NCBI GenBank assembly: GCA_026392355.1
Contig: JAPLCF010000041.1
Coordinates: forward strand, 76,716 to 140,715
Source: Actinomycetota bacterium
GTDB taxonomy: Bacteria > Actinomycetota > Thermoleophilia > Gaiellales > F1-60-MAGs149
Direction of reading: 5' to 3'
Length of the DNA stretch: 64,000 bases
Position numbers and translations under genes: made by a program. This document shows positions 1-9,728 of this stretch, piece by piece. Position 1 is the first letter of the stretch. Each line of letters starts with the position of its first letter. The notes below the pieces were generated by a model, which was not told the origin of the DNA, did not search any database, and saw only the letters and a program-made list of their open reading frames with translations.

Positions 1-1
1 C

Positions 2-469
2 ATGGAGGTCGGCGCGTTCTACTTCGTCTGGCTTGTCGGCGCGCTCGCGCCGTTTGCTGTGCGCATCGCCGGCCGTCTCGGCCCGCGCTCCGTGCTGCCG
101 GTCTTCCCCGTGGTCGCCGCCGCCGGCCTGCTGGTCGGCTCCATCCCGAGCCTGCTGCCGACCGTCATCGGGATGATGGTGATGGCCGGCAGCCTGTTCT
201 TCATGGTGGGCGTCGCGCAGCTGCTCGTGCCGCAGTTGACACTGCGCGACCGCGGCAGCGCCATGAGTCTGCACCTCACGATCTACTACCTGCTCGGCTC
301 GCTTGGTCCATTTGTGATCGGCGCGGCGTGGAGCGCGGCTGGCTGGACCGGCGCTGTGGCCTTCGCGATGGGCGCGCTTGTGATCGCCTTCGCGCTGACA
401 GTGGTTCTCCGTCGTTCTGCGCCAAGCGACGCCGCACCCCAAGGCGAAACCGAGCCGCTGCTATCGTGA
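2..469 (+). CDS. C-terminal fragment of a multi-pass membrane transporter (MFS-like); the 5' end lies outside the window
   Basis: The ORF is open to the window edge. The translation is dominated by hydrophobic TM segments with short loops, typical of the last helices of MFS transporters. No specific family was recognised. Confidence 0.5.
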   Translation: MEVGAFYFVWLVGALAPFAVRIAGRLGPRSVLPVFPVVAAAGLLVGSIPSLLPTVIGMMVMAGSLFFMVGVAQLLVPQLTLRDRGSAMSLHLTIYYLLGSLGPFVIGAAWSAAGWTGAVAFAMGALVIAFALTVVLRRSAPSDAAPQGETEPLLS

Positions 470-509
470 GGCCACTGACGCACCCGCGTCACCGACCAGC
501 CGGAGCCTC

Positions 510-2471
<1,962 letters not shown>

Positions 2472-2478
2472 CCGTAAT

Positions 2479-3942
2479 CTACGCGGTGCCGCGGTGCCGC
2501 CAGATGACCTCGCCGTCGACGACGACGTCCTCGGTCGGCTTGTCCTTCTTGACGAACTTGAGCAGGATCGGGAACGTGATCGGGCCGAGGGCGAGCGCCA
2601 CGGCGGGCTTCCAGATCGCCTCGATGCCGCCGTCGTCATACGACTTGTAGATCGCGAAGCAGATGATCGCGATCGGGAAGGACACGACCGCGATGGCGAC
2701 CGGCCAGCCGCCCGGCACGCGGAACGGGCGCACGATGTTCGGCAGCTTCCAGCGCAGGATCAGGAACGTGATGAACTGCAGGATCAGCGCGAACGAGTAG
2801 ACCGCGACGTCGATGATCACGAGATCGACGAAGGCGTTGAGGCAGAACAGGCTGTAGATCACCGAGCAGATCACGATCGAGATCCACGGCGTGCCGAAGC
2901 GGGGGTGGAGGCGCGTCATGAAGGCGGGCAGATACCCGTCGCGCGCCATCACGTACGGGATGCGCGACACGCTCAGCAGCAGGCCAGAGAACAGGCCGAT
3001 CATCGAGATGAAGCCGCCGAAGGTGATCATGGCCTTGAGCCACTCGCCGCCGAAGTCGTAGCCGACGAGCGAGAACGTGCCCGCCGTCCACTCCTCCCAC
3101 GGCACACCCGAGGCAAGACCTGCCACGACAGGCAGCACGTAGCACGCGGTGACCAGCGGGATCGAAATGAACAGCGCTAAGGGGAAGTTGCGGCGTGGCC
3201 GCTCCATCTCACCGGCGACCGTCGAAAGGCCATCCCAGCCGAGGTAGTTCCACATGCCGATCCAGAGGCCGGCGCCGACCGCCGAGGCGACCGTCACGCC
3301 CGGCGGATGCAGGGGCACGAGCGGATTGATGCCCTCGGCCAGTAGCTTCGGCAAGCCAATCGCGACGAGGATGATGAACGGGATCAGCAGGATCGCCATG
3401 AAGATCAGCGAGGAGTCGCCGACCGTGCGGGCGCCGCGGATGTTGAGGTACGTGAGCGGCCAGATCACGGCGAGGCAGACGACCCAGTGCACGTCGAACT
3501 CGACGGGACCGAGCGTGAACAGCGTGTTGGCGCCCGCGCCGGCCGGCGCCCAGTAGACGGCGAGAAATTCGGCGAACAGCACGGGGTAGATCGCCATGTC
3601 GACCCAGGTCGTAAGCCACGACCAGAACGCTTCCTGATACCCCCAGAAGCGGCCCATGCCGGCCTTGACCCACTGGTAGTAGCCGCCTTCGACAGGGATC
3701 GCCGCGCCGAGCTCGGCCACCACGAGCGCACTCGGCAGGCTGTAGAAGATCGGCAGCAGGAGCAGCAGAAGGATCGCGAGGCCCGGCCCGGACAGGCTGA
3801 TCATGTCCTCGAGGCCGTAGGCGCCGCCGGAGACCGTGAAGAACATCACGCCGATCAGCGGAACCAGGCGCAACTGGCGCTTCGCCGTCGCCGAGACGAT
3901 GTCGGACGCTGTCAGCTGTGGGACCGGGGGAGCGGCGGACAT
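2479..3942 (-). CDS. APC-superfamily amino acid/polyamine permease
   Basis: 487 aa with about 12 hydrophobic helices. The N-terminal FTVSGGAYGLE-type segment is typical of APC permeases. Confidence 0.75.
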   Translation of the reverse strand: MSAAPPVPQLTASDIVSATAKRQLRLVPLIGVMFFTVSGGAYGLEDMISLSGPGLAILLLLLLPIFYSLPSALVVAELGAAIPVEGGYYQWVKAGMGRFWGYQEAFWSWLTTWVDMAIYPVLFAEFLAVYWAPAGAGANTLFTLGPVEFDVHWVVCLAVIWPLTYLNIRGARTVGDSSLIFMAILLIPFIILVAIGLPKLLAEGINPLVPLHPPGVTVASAVGAGLWIGMWNYLGWDGLSTVAGEMERPRRNFPLALFISIPLVTACYVLPVVAGLASGVPWEEWTAGTFSLVGYDFGGEWLKAMITFGGFISMIGLFSGLLLSVSRIPYVMARDGYLPAFMTRLHPRFGTPWISIVICSVIYSLFCLNAFVDLVIIDVAVYSFALILQFITFLILRWKLPNIVRPFRVPGGWPVAIAVVSFPIAIICFAIYKSYDDGGIEAIWKPAVALALGPITFPILLKFVKKDKPTEDVVVDGEVIWRHRGTA

Positions 3943-4101
3943 GAGCGGAGCATACGCCTGACTGGTCGGTCAAACCAGCGGGGGCGTGGCAATCGCTGCA
4001 CGGGTTCCCCGACCTCCGCTAGGGTTCCCACCCATCGGGGCGCCCCGCTCCGCGCTGCCGTCTGAATTTCAGGCAGCGACCCTCATCCAAGGAACGAATC
4101 G

Positions 4102-4266
4102 ATGGCGAAGTCCGGCATCCGCATCGCAGTCACGATGGCTTGCACAGAGTGCAAGGAGCGGAACTACCAGACCAACAAGTCGAAGCGGAACACCCCTGAC
4201 CGCATCGAGCTGAACAAGTTCTGTCGCCGCTGCGGCAAGAGCACGACGCATCGCGAGACGCGCTAG
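4102..4266 (+). CDS. rpmG: 50S ribosomal protein L33 (zinc-ribbon C+ form)
   Basis: 54-aa ORF below the track threshold: [54 protein letters not shown]. Has CxxC...CxxC, sits directly upstream of secE-nusG, and AAGGA lies upstream. Confidence 0.9.
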   Translation: MAKSGIRIAVTMACTECKERNYQTNKSKRNTPDRIELNKFCRRCGKSTTHRETR

Positions 4267-4271
4267 CCCCC

Positions 4272-4589
4272 GTGGCCGACGCGGACGACACTGCTCCGAA
4301 GAAGGAGTCGCGCCAGGAGCGCGCTGAGCGCCGCCGTCAGGAGCGCGCCGCTCGCACGCGCCCGACGAAGAGCCAGTCCGGCCACTCGGCCGAGCGCACC
4401 GGCTTTGGCACCTTCCTGCGCGAGTGCGTCGCCGAGCTCAAGCGCGTTCAGTGGCCCACACGTCCCGTGCTGATCCAGGCCACGGCCGTCGTGATCATCA
4501 CCTGCCTCATCGTCGGCGTGTACCTATACGCGCTCGACTCCATCTTCTCCAAGCTCGCTGGTTGGCTCATCAACCAGCAGGCTGGCTAG
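4272..4589 (+). CDS. secE: Preprotein translocase subunit SecE
   Basis: 105 aa with a basic N-terminal region, then LRECVAELKRVQWPTR and a single C-terminal TM helix. Canonical position between rpmG and nusG. Confidence 0.85.
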   Translation: MADADDTAPKKESRQERAERRRQERAARTRPTKSQSGHSAERTGFGTFLRECVAELKRVQWPTRPVLIQATAVVIITCLIVGVYLYALDSIFSKLAGWLINQQAG

Positions 4590-4605
4590 TCAACGAGGTC
4601 CATCC

Positions 4606-5148
4606 ATGTTTCGCTGGTACGCCATCCACACCTATTCCGGTCACGAGGACAAGGTCCGTCGCAACCTCGAGCAGCGCCGTCGCACCCAGCAGGGTGGCGA
4701 CGACATTCGCCGCATCGTCGTGCCGACCGAGCAGATCGTCGAGACGCGTGACGGCAAGAAGGTCGAGAAGGAGAGCCGCGTGCTCCCCGGCTACGTCCTC
4801 GTGCAGATGGATGCCACGCCCGAGTGCGTCAGCCTCGTGCGCAACACCCCGGGTGTGACCGGCTTCGTCGGCGCCCAGGGCAAGCGCGAAGAGATGACGC
4901 TCGTGCCGCTCGGCCAGGCCGAGGTCGACAAGCTCCTCAAGGTCGAGGCAGCCGAGGCCAAGCCGAAGGCCGTCGCCGAGTTCACGCTCGGCCAGATGGT
5001 CAAGGTCATCTCGGGCCCGCTCGCCGACTTCGACGGCGAGATCATCGAGATCAACAACGAGTCGTCGAAGCTCAAGGTCCACGTCTCGATCTTCGAGCGC
5101 CAGGTCCCGGTCGAGCTCGGCTTCGGCGATGTGAAGCGCCTCGACTGA
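4606..5148 (+). CDS. nusG: Transcription termination/antitermination factor NusG
   Basis: 180 aa with the WYAIHTYSGHE N-terminal NGN domain and a C-terminal KOW domain (GQMVKVISGPLADFDGEI). Confidence 0.95.
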   Translation: MFRWYAIHTYSGHEDKVRRNLEQRRRTQQGGDDIRRIVVPTEQIVETRDGKKVEKESRVLPGYVLVQMDATPECVSLVRNTPGVTGFVGAQGKREEMTLVPLGQAEVDKLLKVEAAEAKPKAVAEFTLGQMVKVISGPLADFDGEIIEINNESSKLKVHVSIFERQVPVELGFGDVKRLD

Positions 5149-5237
5149 GGCTGTTCTAGGATTCACTCCGCGTCGCACTCGCGACGCCAGACAGCGGGAG
5201 CCCGACGGTTTGGGCGCATGCACCGCAGGAGGTCAAG

Positions 5238-5663
5238 ATGGCCGGTAAGGTCGTCACCATCATCAAGCTCCAGATCCCAGGCGGACAGGCCAACCCTGCC
5301 CCGCCGGTCGGACCCGCGCTCGGTCAGCACGGCGTCAACATCATGGACTTCTGCAAGGCGTTCAACGCCCAGACGCAGAGCGAGAACGGCCGCATCATCC
5401 CGGTCGAAATCTCTGTCTTCGAGGACCGCTCCTTCACCTTCATCACGAAGACGCCGCCGGCGGCCGTGCTGATCAAGGAGGCCCTCAAGCTCAAGAGCGG
5501 CTCCGCCATCCCGCATCGCGACAAGGTCGGCACGCTGAGCAAGGCGCAGCTGCAGTCGATCGCCGAGACCAAGATGGAAGATCTCAACGCCAATGACGTC
5601 GAGGCCGCGATGAAGATCATCGCCGGCACCGCCCGTTCGATGGGCGTGGAGGTAGAGGCATGA
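5238..5663 (+). CDS. rplK: 50S ribosomal protein L11
   Basis: 141 aa with the motif [34 protein letters not shown]. Confidence 0.97.
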   Translation: MAGKVVTIIKLQIPGGQANPAPPVGPALGQHGVNIMDFCKAFNAQTQSENGRIIPVEISVFEDRSFTFITKTPPAAVLIKEALKLKSGSAIPHRDKVGTLSKAQLQSIAETKMEDLNANDVEAAMKIIAGTARSMGVEVEA

Positions 5664-6370
5664 GCGGCAAGAAGCTCGCAGCAGCCCGCGCACAGGTCGA
5701 TCGCGAGAAGCTGTACCAGCCGATCGACGCCGTCCGTCTGCTCAAGGCGATGGACACGGCCAAGTTCGACGAGACCGTCGAGGTGCACTTCCGCCTCGGC
5801 ATCAACGTCCGTCACGCCGAGGAGCAGCTCCGCGGCACCGTCATGCTGCCGCACGGCACCGGCTCCAACATGCGCGTCGCCGTGTTCGCCCAGGGCGACA
5901 AGGTCGCTGAGGCCGAGGCCGCTGGCGCCGACATCGTCGGTGGCGAGGACCTCGCCGCGAAGATCCTCGAGGGCTTTGACGACTTCGATGTCACCGTCGC
6001 GACGCCCGACATGATGGTCACCGTCGGCAAGCTCGGCCGCGTCCTCGGACCCTCCGGCAAGATGCCGAACCCGAAGACCGGCACCGTCACGATGGACATC
6101 AAGAAGGCCGTCGAGGACATCAAGAGCGGCAAGATCGAATACCGCACCGACCGCGCCGGCCTCGTGCACGTTGCACTCGGCAAGAAGTCGTTCGGTGAGC
6201 GCGAGCTCGGCGAGAACTACGCGACCGTGCTGGAGGAGATCCTCCGCGCCAAGCCGTCGTCCGCCAAGGGCCGCTACATCAAGACTGTTGTCCTGAGCTC
6301 CACCATGGGCCCGGGCATCAAGATCGATCCGTCGCGTGTTCGCGACGTGCTCGAGGAGCAGAACGCCTAA
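5660..6370 (+). CDS. rplA: 50S ribosomal protein L1
   Basis: 236 aa. Typical L1 sequence ([13 protein letters not shown]..., [12 protein letters not shown]). Overlaps the rplK stop. Confidence 0.97.
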   Translation: MSGKKLAAARAQVDREKLYQPIDAVRLLKAMDTAKFDETVEVHFRLGINVRHAEEQLRGTVMLPHGTGSNMRVAVFAQGDKVAEAEAAGADIVGGEDLAAKILEGFDDFDVTVATPDMMVTVGKLGRVLGPSGKMPNPKTGTVTMDIKKAVEDIKSGKIEYRTDRAGLVHVALGKKSFGERELGENYATVLEEILRAKPSSAKGRYIKTVVLSSTMGPGIKIDPSRVRDVLEEQNA

Positions 6371-6553
6371 CGGCCGACTGACTCCCATCCCGCGTGAACC
6401 TGTCGCCAGGGACCGCCGGCAAGGCCCTCATCACGAGAGCCGAGAAGACCGGCGCAGGCGGTGTAGTTCGAGCGGAGGCCGGTTTCGTACCGCCCTTTCG
6501 CCGTGCTCGCCGTCCAATCGGCGGGCACGCAGACGAAAGGAGGTGGTACACCA
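6371..6553 (+). promoter_or_regulatory. rplJ 5' leader, a possible L10(L12)4 autoregulatory leader
   Basis: 183-nt GC-rich untranslated gap between rplA and rplJ with several potential stems. It ends in a strong SD (GAAAGGAGGTGG). The call rests on position only; the structure was not verified. Confidence 0.3.
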
Positions 6554-7075
6554 ATGCTGAAGGAACGAAAAGAAGAGCTCATCGGCGAGCTCGAGGCAGA
6601 GTTCAACAACTCGACCTCGATGATCGTCGCTGACTACCGCGGACTCAGCGTGAAGCAGCTCGCAGTGCTTCGCAACGAGATCCGACCGCACGATGCGTCG
6701 TTCTACGTCGCCAAGAACACGCTCGCACGCATCGCCGTGCAGCGTGCTGGCATCGAGGGCCTCGGAGAATTTCTCACGGGCCCGACCGCGATCGCGTTCT
6801 GCAAGTCGGACGCAGCTCCCGTCGCCAAGGCGCTCGCCGCGGCCGCGAAGGAGACGCAGATCCTCCAGATCAAGGGTGGCCTGATCGATGGGGTCGTCCT
6901 TGACGCGGACGGCGTTAAGACGCTGGCCACCCTGCCGAGCAGGGACCAGCTGCACGCACAGCTCGTCGTCGCGCTCAACGGCCCGATTCAGGGCATCGCG
7001 AGCACGCTCGCAGCAATCCCGCGTGGCCTCGTGGTCGCGCTCGATCAGATCGAAAAGCAGAAGGCCGCCGCGTAG
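6554..7075 (+). CDS. rplJ: 50S ribosomal protein L10
   Basis: The track ORF starts at 6503, but ATG 6554 (MLKERKEELIGELE...) is preceded by GGAGGTGG and gives the canonical L10 N-terminus. 173 aa. Confidence 0.93.
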   Translation: MLKERKEELIGELEAEFNNSTSMIVADYRGLSVKQLAVLRNEIRPHDASFYVAKNTLARIAVQRAGIEGLGEFLTGPTAIAFCKSDAAPVAKALAAAAKETQILQIKGGLIDGVVLDADGVKTLATLPSRDQLHAQLVVALNGPIQGIASTLAAIPRGLVVALDQIEKQKAAA

Positions 7076-7108
7076 GCGCGCCACCTATCTACACAAGGAG
7101 AAACGATC

Positions 7109-7495
7109 ATGGCTCTCACCACTGATCAGATGATTGAGGAGATCAAGGGCATGTCCGTCCTCGACCTCAACACGCTCGTCAAGGCCCTCGAAGAGGAGTT
7201 CGGCGTCTCGGCAGCTGCTGCTGTCGCCGTCGCCGCTCCTGCCGCCGGTGGCGGCGGTGGCGACGCCGCTCCCGCCGAGGAGAAGACGTCGTTCGACGTG
7301 TTCCTCGCCGAGGCCGGCTCGCAGAAGATCCCGGTCATCAAGGTGATCCGCACGGCAACCGGTCTTGGCCTCAAGGAGGCCAAGGACATCGCCGACGGCG
7401 CTCCTGGCATGGTCAAGGAGGGTGTGCCCGCCGAGGACGCCCAGAAGCTCAAGGCCGAGCTCGAGGAGGCTGGCGCCACCGTCGAGCTGCGCTAA
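7109..7495 (+). CDS. rplL: 50S ribosomal protein L7/L12
   Basis: 128 aa with an Ala/Gly-rich hinge and the C-terminal domain [16 protein letters not shown]... Confidence 0.97.
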   Translation: MALTTDQMIEEIKGMSVLDLNTLVKALEEEFGVSAAAAVAVAAPAAGGGGGDAAPAEEKTSFDVFLAEAGSQKIPVIKVIRTATGLGLKEAKDIADGAPGMVKEGVPAEDAQKLKAELEEAGATVELR

Positions 7496-7536
7496 GCAGT
7501 CTCGGTGCCGGCCTTGCCGGCGCAGTGGTTCCACGA

Positions 7537-7566
7537 GAAGGGCCCCGGGGCAACCCGGGGCCCTTC
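7537..7566 (+). terminator. GC-rich hairpin after rplL
   Basis: gaagggccccgg-ggcaa-ccggggcccttc forms a 12-bp perfect stem. It begins 42 nt after the rplL stop and has no clear T-tract. Confidence 0.55.
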
Positions 7567-7575
7567 GTCGTTGGT

Positions 7576-7768
7576 GGACGACGCGAAGGCCTCGAGGTGG
7601 CTCGGTCCGAAAGGACCGAGCCACCTCGAGGTCATCGCGTCGCCTTGTGCTTATCCGCTCCGATATGCGATGCCACTGCTCCTGCGCTTGATCAACCAAG
7701 GCGACGGGATCACCTCGAGGTGAATCGGTCGTTTCCGACCGAGCCACCTCGAGGTGTTCACGTCGTCA
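7576..7768. repeat. Double-hairpin intergenic repeat element, copy A (family 1)
   Basis: About 193 bp holding two long hairpins. The first (7590-7631) has a perfect 19-bp stem with a GAAA loop; the second (7711-7756) is imperfect. The reverse complement aligns along its length with 18361-18552. Confidence 0.85.
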
Positions 7769-8581
7769 GCGCTTGAGCGCATCGATGATGCCGTTGAGGC
7801 CGTCGGAGGCCTTCGTCTCACGCGTGAGGAAGCCGCTGATTTCCTCGATCGTCGTCATCAGCGGCGACGGGAAGATGACGGTGCTGTTCTTGTCGACGGA
7901 GATTTCCACCAGCGTCTGTAGGTTGCGCAACTGCAGAGCGAGGGGGTGTGCGGCCATGACGTCGGCGGCGTGCGCCAACTCGCCTGCGGCCAGCGCCTCG
8001 CCCTCGGCGGCGATGATCTTGGCACGCTTCTCGCGCTCGGCCTCGGCCTCACGGGCCATCGCGCGCTTCATCGTGTCGGGCAGCTGGATGTCCTTCAGCT
8101 GCACGAGCGTCACCTGCACACCCCAGACCTCCGTGATGTCATCGAGGATGCCGGCGATGTCGGCGATGATCTTCTTCGTCTCCGTGAGTGTCTCGTCGAG
8201 CGTGTGTTGGCCAACAACGTTGCGCAGCGTCGTTTGCGCGATGTGTCCGATTGCCGACTCGACATCTTCAATCGCCACGACGGACTTGATCGGCTCGACG
8301 ACGCGGTAGTAGGCGACGGCTGCGATATCCACGGACACGTTGTCGCGCGTGATGATTCCCTGGCTCTGAATCGGCAGCGTGACGATCCGCAGCGACACCT
8401 TCACGAGACGGTCGATGATCGGAAACTTCAGCATCAGGCCCGGCTCAAAGGGGGTGGGGCGGACTTTGCCGAGGCGAAAGCGCACGCCGCGCTCGTATTC
8501 GGTAACGACGCGGATCGAACCCGCGGCGATCAAGAGCAGGACGAGGGCGGCGAGAATGATGACGAGCACGGCGGTATTCAT
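7766..8581 (-). CDS. SPFH/Band 7 (stomatin-like) membrane protein
   Basis: The start is taken at ATG 8581 (MNTAVLVIILAALVLLLIAAG...), giving an N-terminal TM helix and then an SPFH core (VTEYERGVRFRLGK..., RDNVSVDIAAVAYYRV, coiled-coil AEAEREKRAKIIAAEGE). The track ORF extends to 8740 without support. Confidence 0.85.
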   Translation of the reverse strand: MNTAVLVIILAALVLLLIAAGSIRVVTEYERGVRFRLGKVRPTPFEPGLMLKFPIIDRLVKVSLRIVTLPIQSQGIITRDNVSVDIAAVAYYRVVEPIKSVVAIEDVESAIGHIAQTTLRNVVGQHTLDETLTETKKIIADIAGILDDITEVWGVQVTLVQLKDIQLPDTMKRAMAREAEAEREKRAKIIAAEGEALAAGELAHAADVMAAHPLALQLRNLQTLVEISVDKNSTVIFPSPLMTTIEEISGFLTRETKASDGLNGIIDALKR

Positions 8582-8660
8582 GTGCCCGACCGTAGCCCTG
8601 GTCTGAGCGCAAGGATCGTGACGCCGCCGCAGGTTGGCTGCGGCAAACGGGCAAGAGTCC

Positions 8661-9047
8661 CTACAGCGGTATCTCGACCCGGCAGGCCGCGGCGGCGCGC
8701 TCGGCGAGGTCGCGGTCGAGCGTGGCGAGTGGTGCACCAACGAGGCGGGCGAGCGCCACGTACTCGGCGGCCTCGGTACGCGGATGGTTCATCAGATCGG
8801 CCATGCGCCATGTCTCTTCGCCAAGCTGCGGGTGTCCGAGCTCGGTGATCGGCGCGCGGTCGAGCGCGCGGCGCATGCGGCGGGCCTCGCTGGTGGGGAT
8901 CACGCCGCGCCGCGCCAGGTCGTGCAGCAGCGAGCGGCACTCGGACCAGAGCAGGGGAGGGGCGACGAGGTCATCGGAGCCCGCGCTCGTCCAGGCGGGT
9001 TGGGCGGCCAGCATCGGCAAGACGACGGTGGGGTCGACGACGAGCAT
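8661..9047 (-). CDS. PIN-domain protein (VapC-like toxin candidate)
   Basis: 128 aa. N-terminal MLVVDPTVVL (first acidic residue), an internal E, and C-terminal PLATLDRDL match the PIN acidic-residue spacing. Confidence 0.65.
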   Translation of the reverse strand: MLVVDPTVVLPMLAAQPAWTSAGSDDLVAPPLLWSECRSLLHDLARRGVIPTSEARRMRRALDRAPITELGHPQLGEETWRMADLMNHPRTEAAEYVALARLVGAPLATLDRDLAERAAAACRVEIPL

Positions 9048-9199
9048 CAGGCCGCGGCTCCCGCTGCGGCCTGATGCTCGTCGTCGGATGCTCCAAAGGG
9101 GTCAGACCCTTCTGGAGCATGCCGGCGCATGCGGCGCTCGTTTCCCGTGGCGGTACCTTCCGGCATGCTCCAGAAGGGTCTGACCCCTTTGGAGCATCC
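9035..9199. repeat. Nested perfect palindromes (family 2 hairpin units)
   Basis: A 21-bp perfect inverted repeat (9035-9055 / 9066-9086) includes the PIN start codon. It is followed by a 40-bp perfect inverted repeat (9086-9125 / 9160-9199) with a 34-nt spacer. Each 40-bp arm is itself a hairpin related to 58368-58406. Confidence 0.9.
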
Positions 9200-9264
9200 C
9201 CAAGCTGCATCGAGCATGGGGCGGGCGAAGGTCGGCGCCTGGTGGTGTGCTGTTGTCGGAACTA

Positions 9265-9522
9265 TCACTGCGCCAATCTCCGCCCGCCCCGCGCGCGCCG
9301 CAGCTCGGCGACCCAGTCCGGCTGTCGCGTGCCCCACGTCGTGCGGCCCCAGCCCGCGGGGAGATCGTGGGCGGGGCGGGCGATCAGGGCGTCGAGGTCC
9401 TCCGCGTGCACGAGCAGGCGTCCGTCGGCACGGTGCGCCTGCAGGCGCCCAGCGCGGATCCAGCGGCGTATCGTCTCGGCGCCGCGCCCCGTGCGGGCTG
9501 CTGCTTCGGGAATGGTGAGCAC
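9265..9522 (-). CDS. Excisionase/MerR-like helix-turn-helix DNA-binding protein (possible antitoxin partner of the PIN gene)
   Basis: 85 aa with a GTG start. [31 protein letters not shown] is a typical HTH_17-like motif. The gene lies upstream of the PIN gene on the same strand. Confidence 0.6.
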   Translation of the reverse strand: MLTIPEAAARTGRGAETIRRWIRAGRLQAHRADGRLLVHAEDLDALIARPAHDLPAGWGRTTWGTRQPDWVAELRRARGGRRLAQ

Positions 9523-9728
9523 TCGTCAATGCTACACCTTTCTGGACAGATGTCGACATTTCGGTGGACGCGGCCGCCAGACGGCGGTACGTTCCCTGCG
9601 TCCGAAGGCCCCGCCCCGGTATGGGTGCTGCACGGCTCTGCGGAATTGTGGTACCGTGCGCCTTCGCGCCGACGGACATGCCCATGTCGTCGTGCGCCTA
9701 CGCCCATCTCTCTTCCATAGGAGTGCCA

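Noticed and set aside
3943-4101. Looked for a tRNA (for example tRNA-Trp, which often precedes secE/rpmG) or a riboswitch in the gap between the permease and rpmG.
   Set aside because: No cloverleaf could be built. Only a small hairpin (ctggt-ttgaccg-accag) lies near the permease start, which is insufficient evidence for any RNA element.
7505-7776. Short ORFs across the family 1 repeats giving recurring ..[13 protein letters not shown].. peptides, also seen at 18453-18647.
   Set aside because: The same peptide appears in several frames and strands because the DNA is palindromic. There are no RBSs and no codon bias, so this is a repeat artefact.
9564-9728. Extended rpoB N-terminus from the track start at 9564.
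   Set aside because: The extra 55 residues are Cys/Pro/Arg-rich, overlap the divergent promoter region and lack an RBS. GTG 9729 has AGGAG at proper spacing and yields a normal beta N-terminus.
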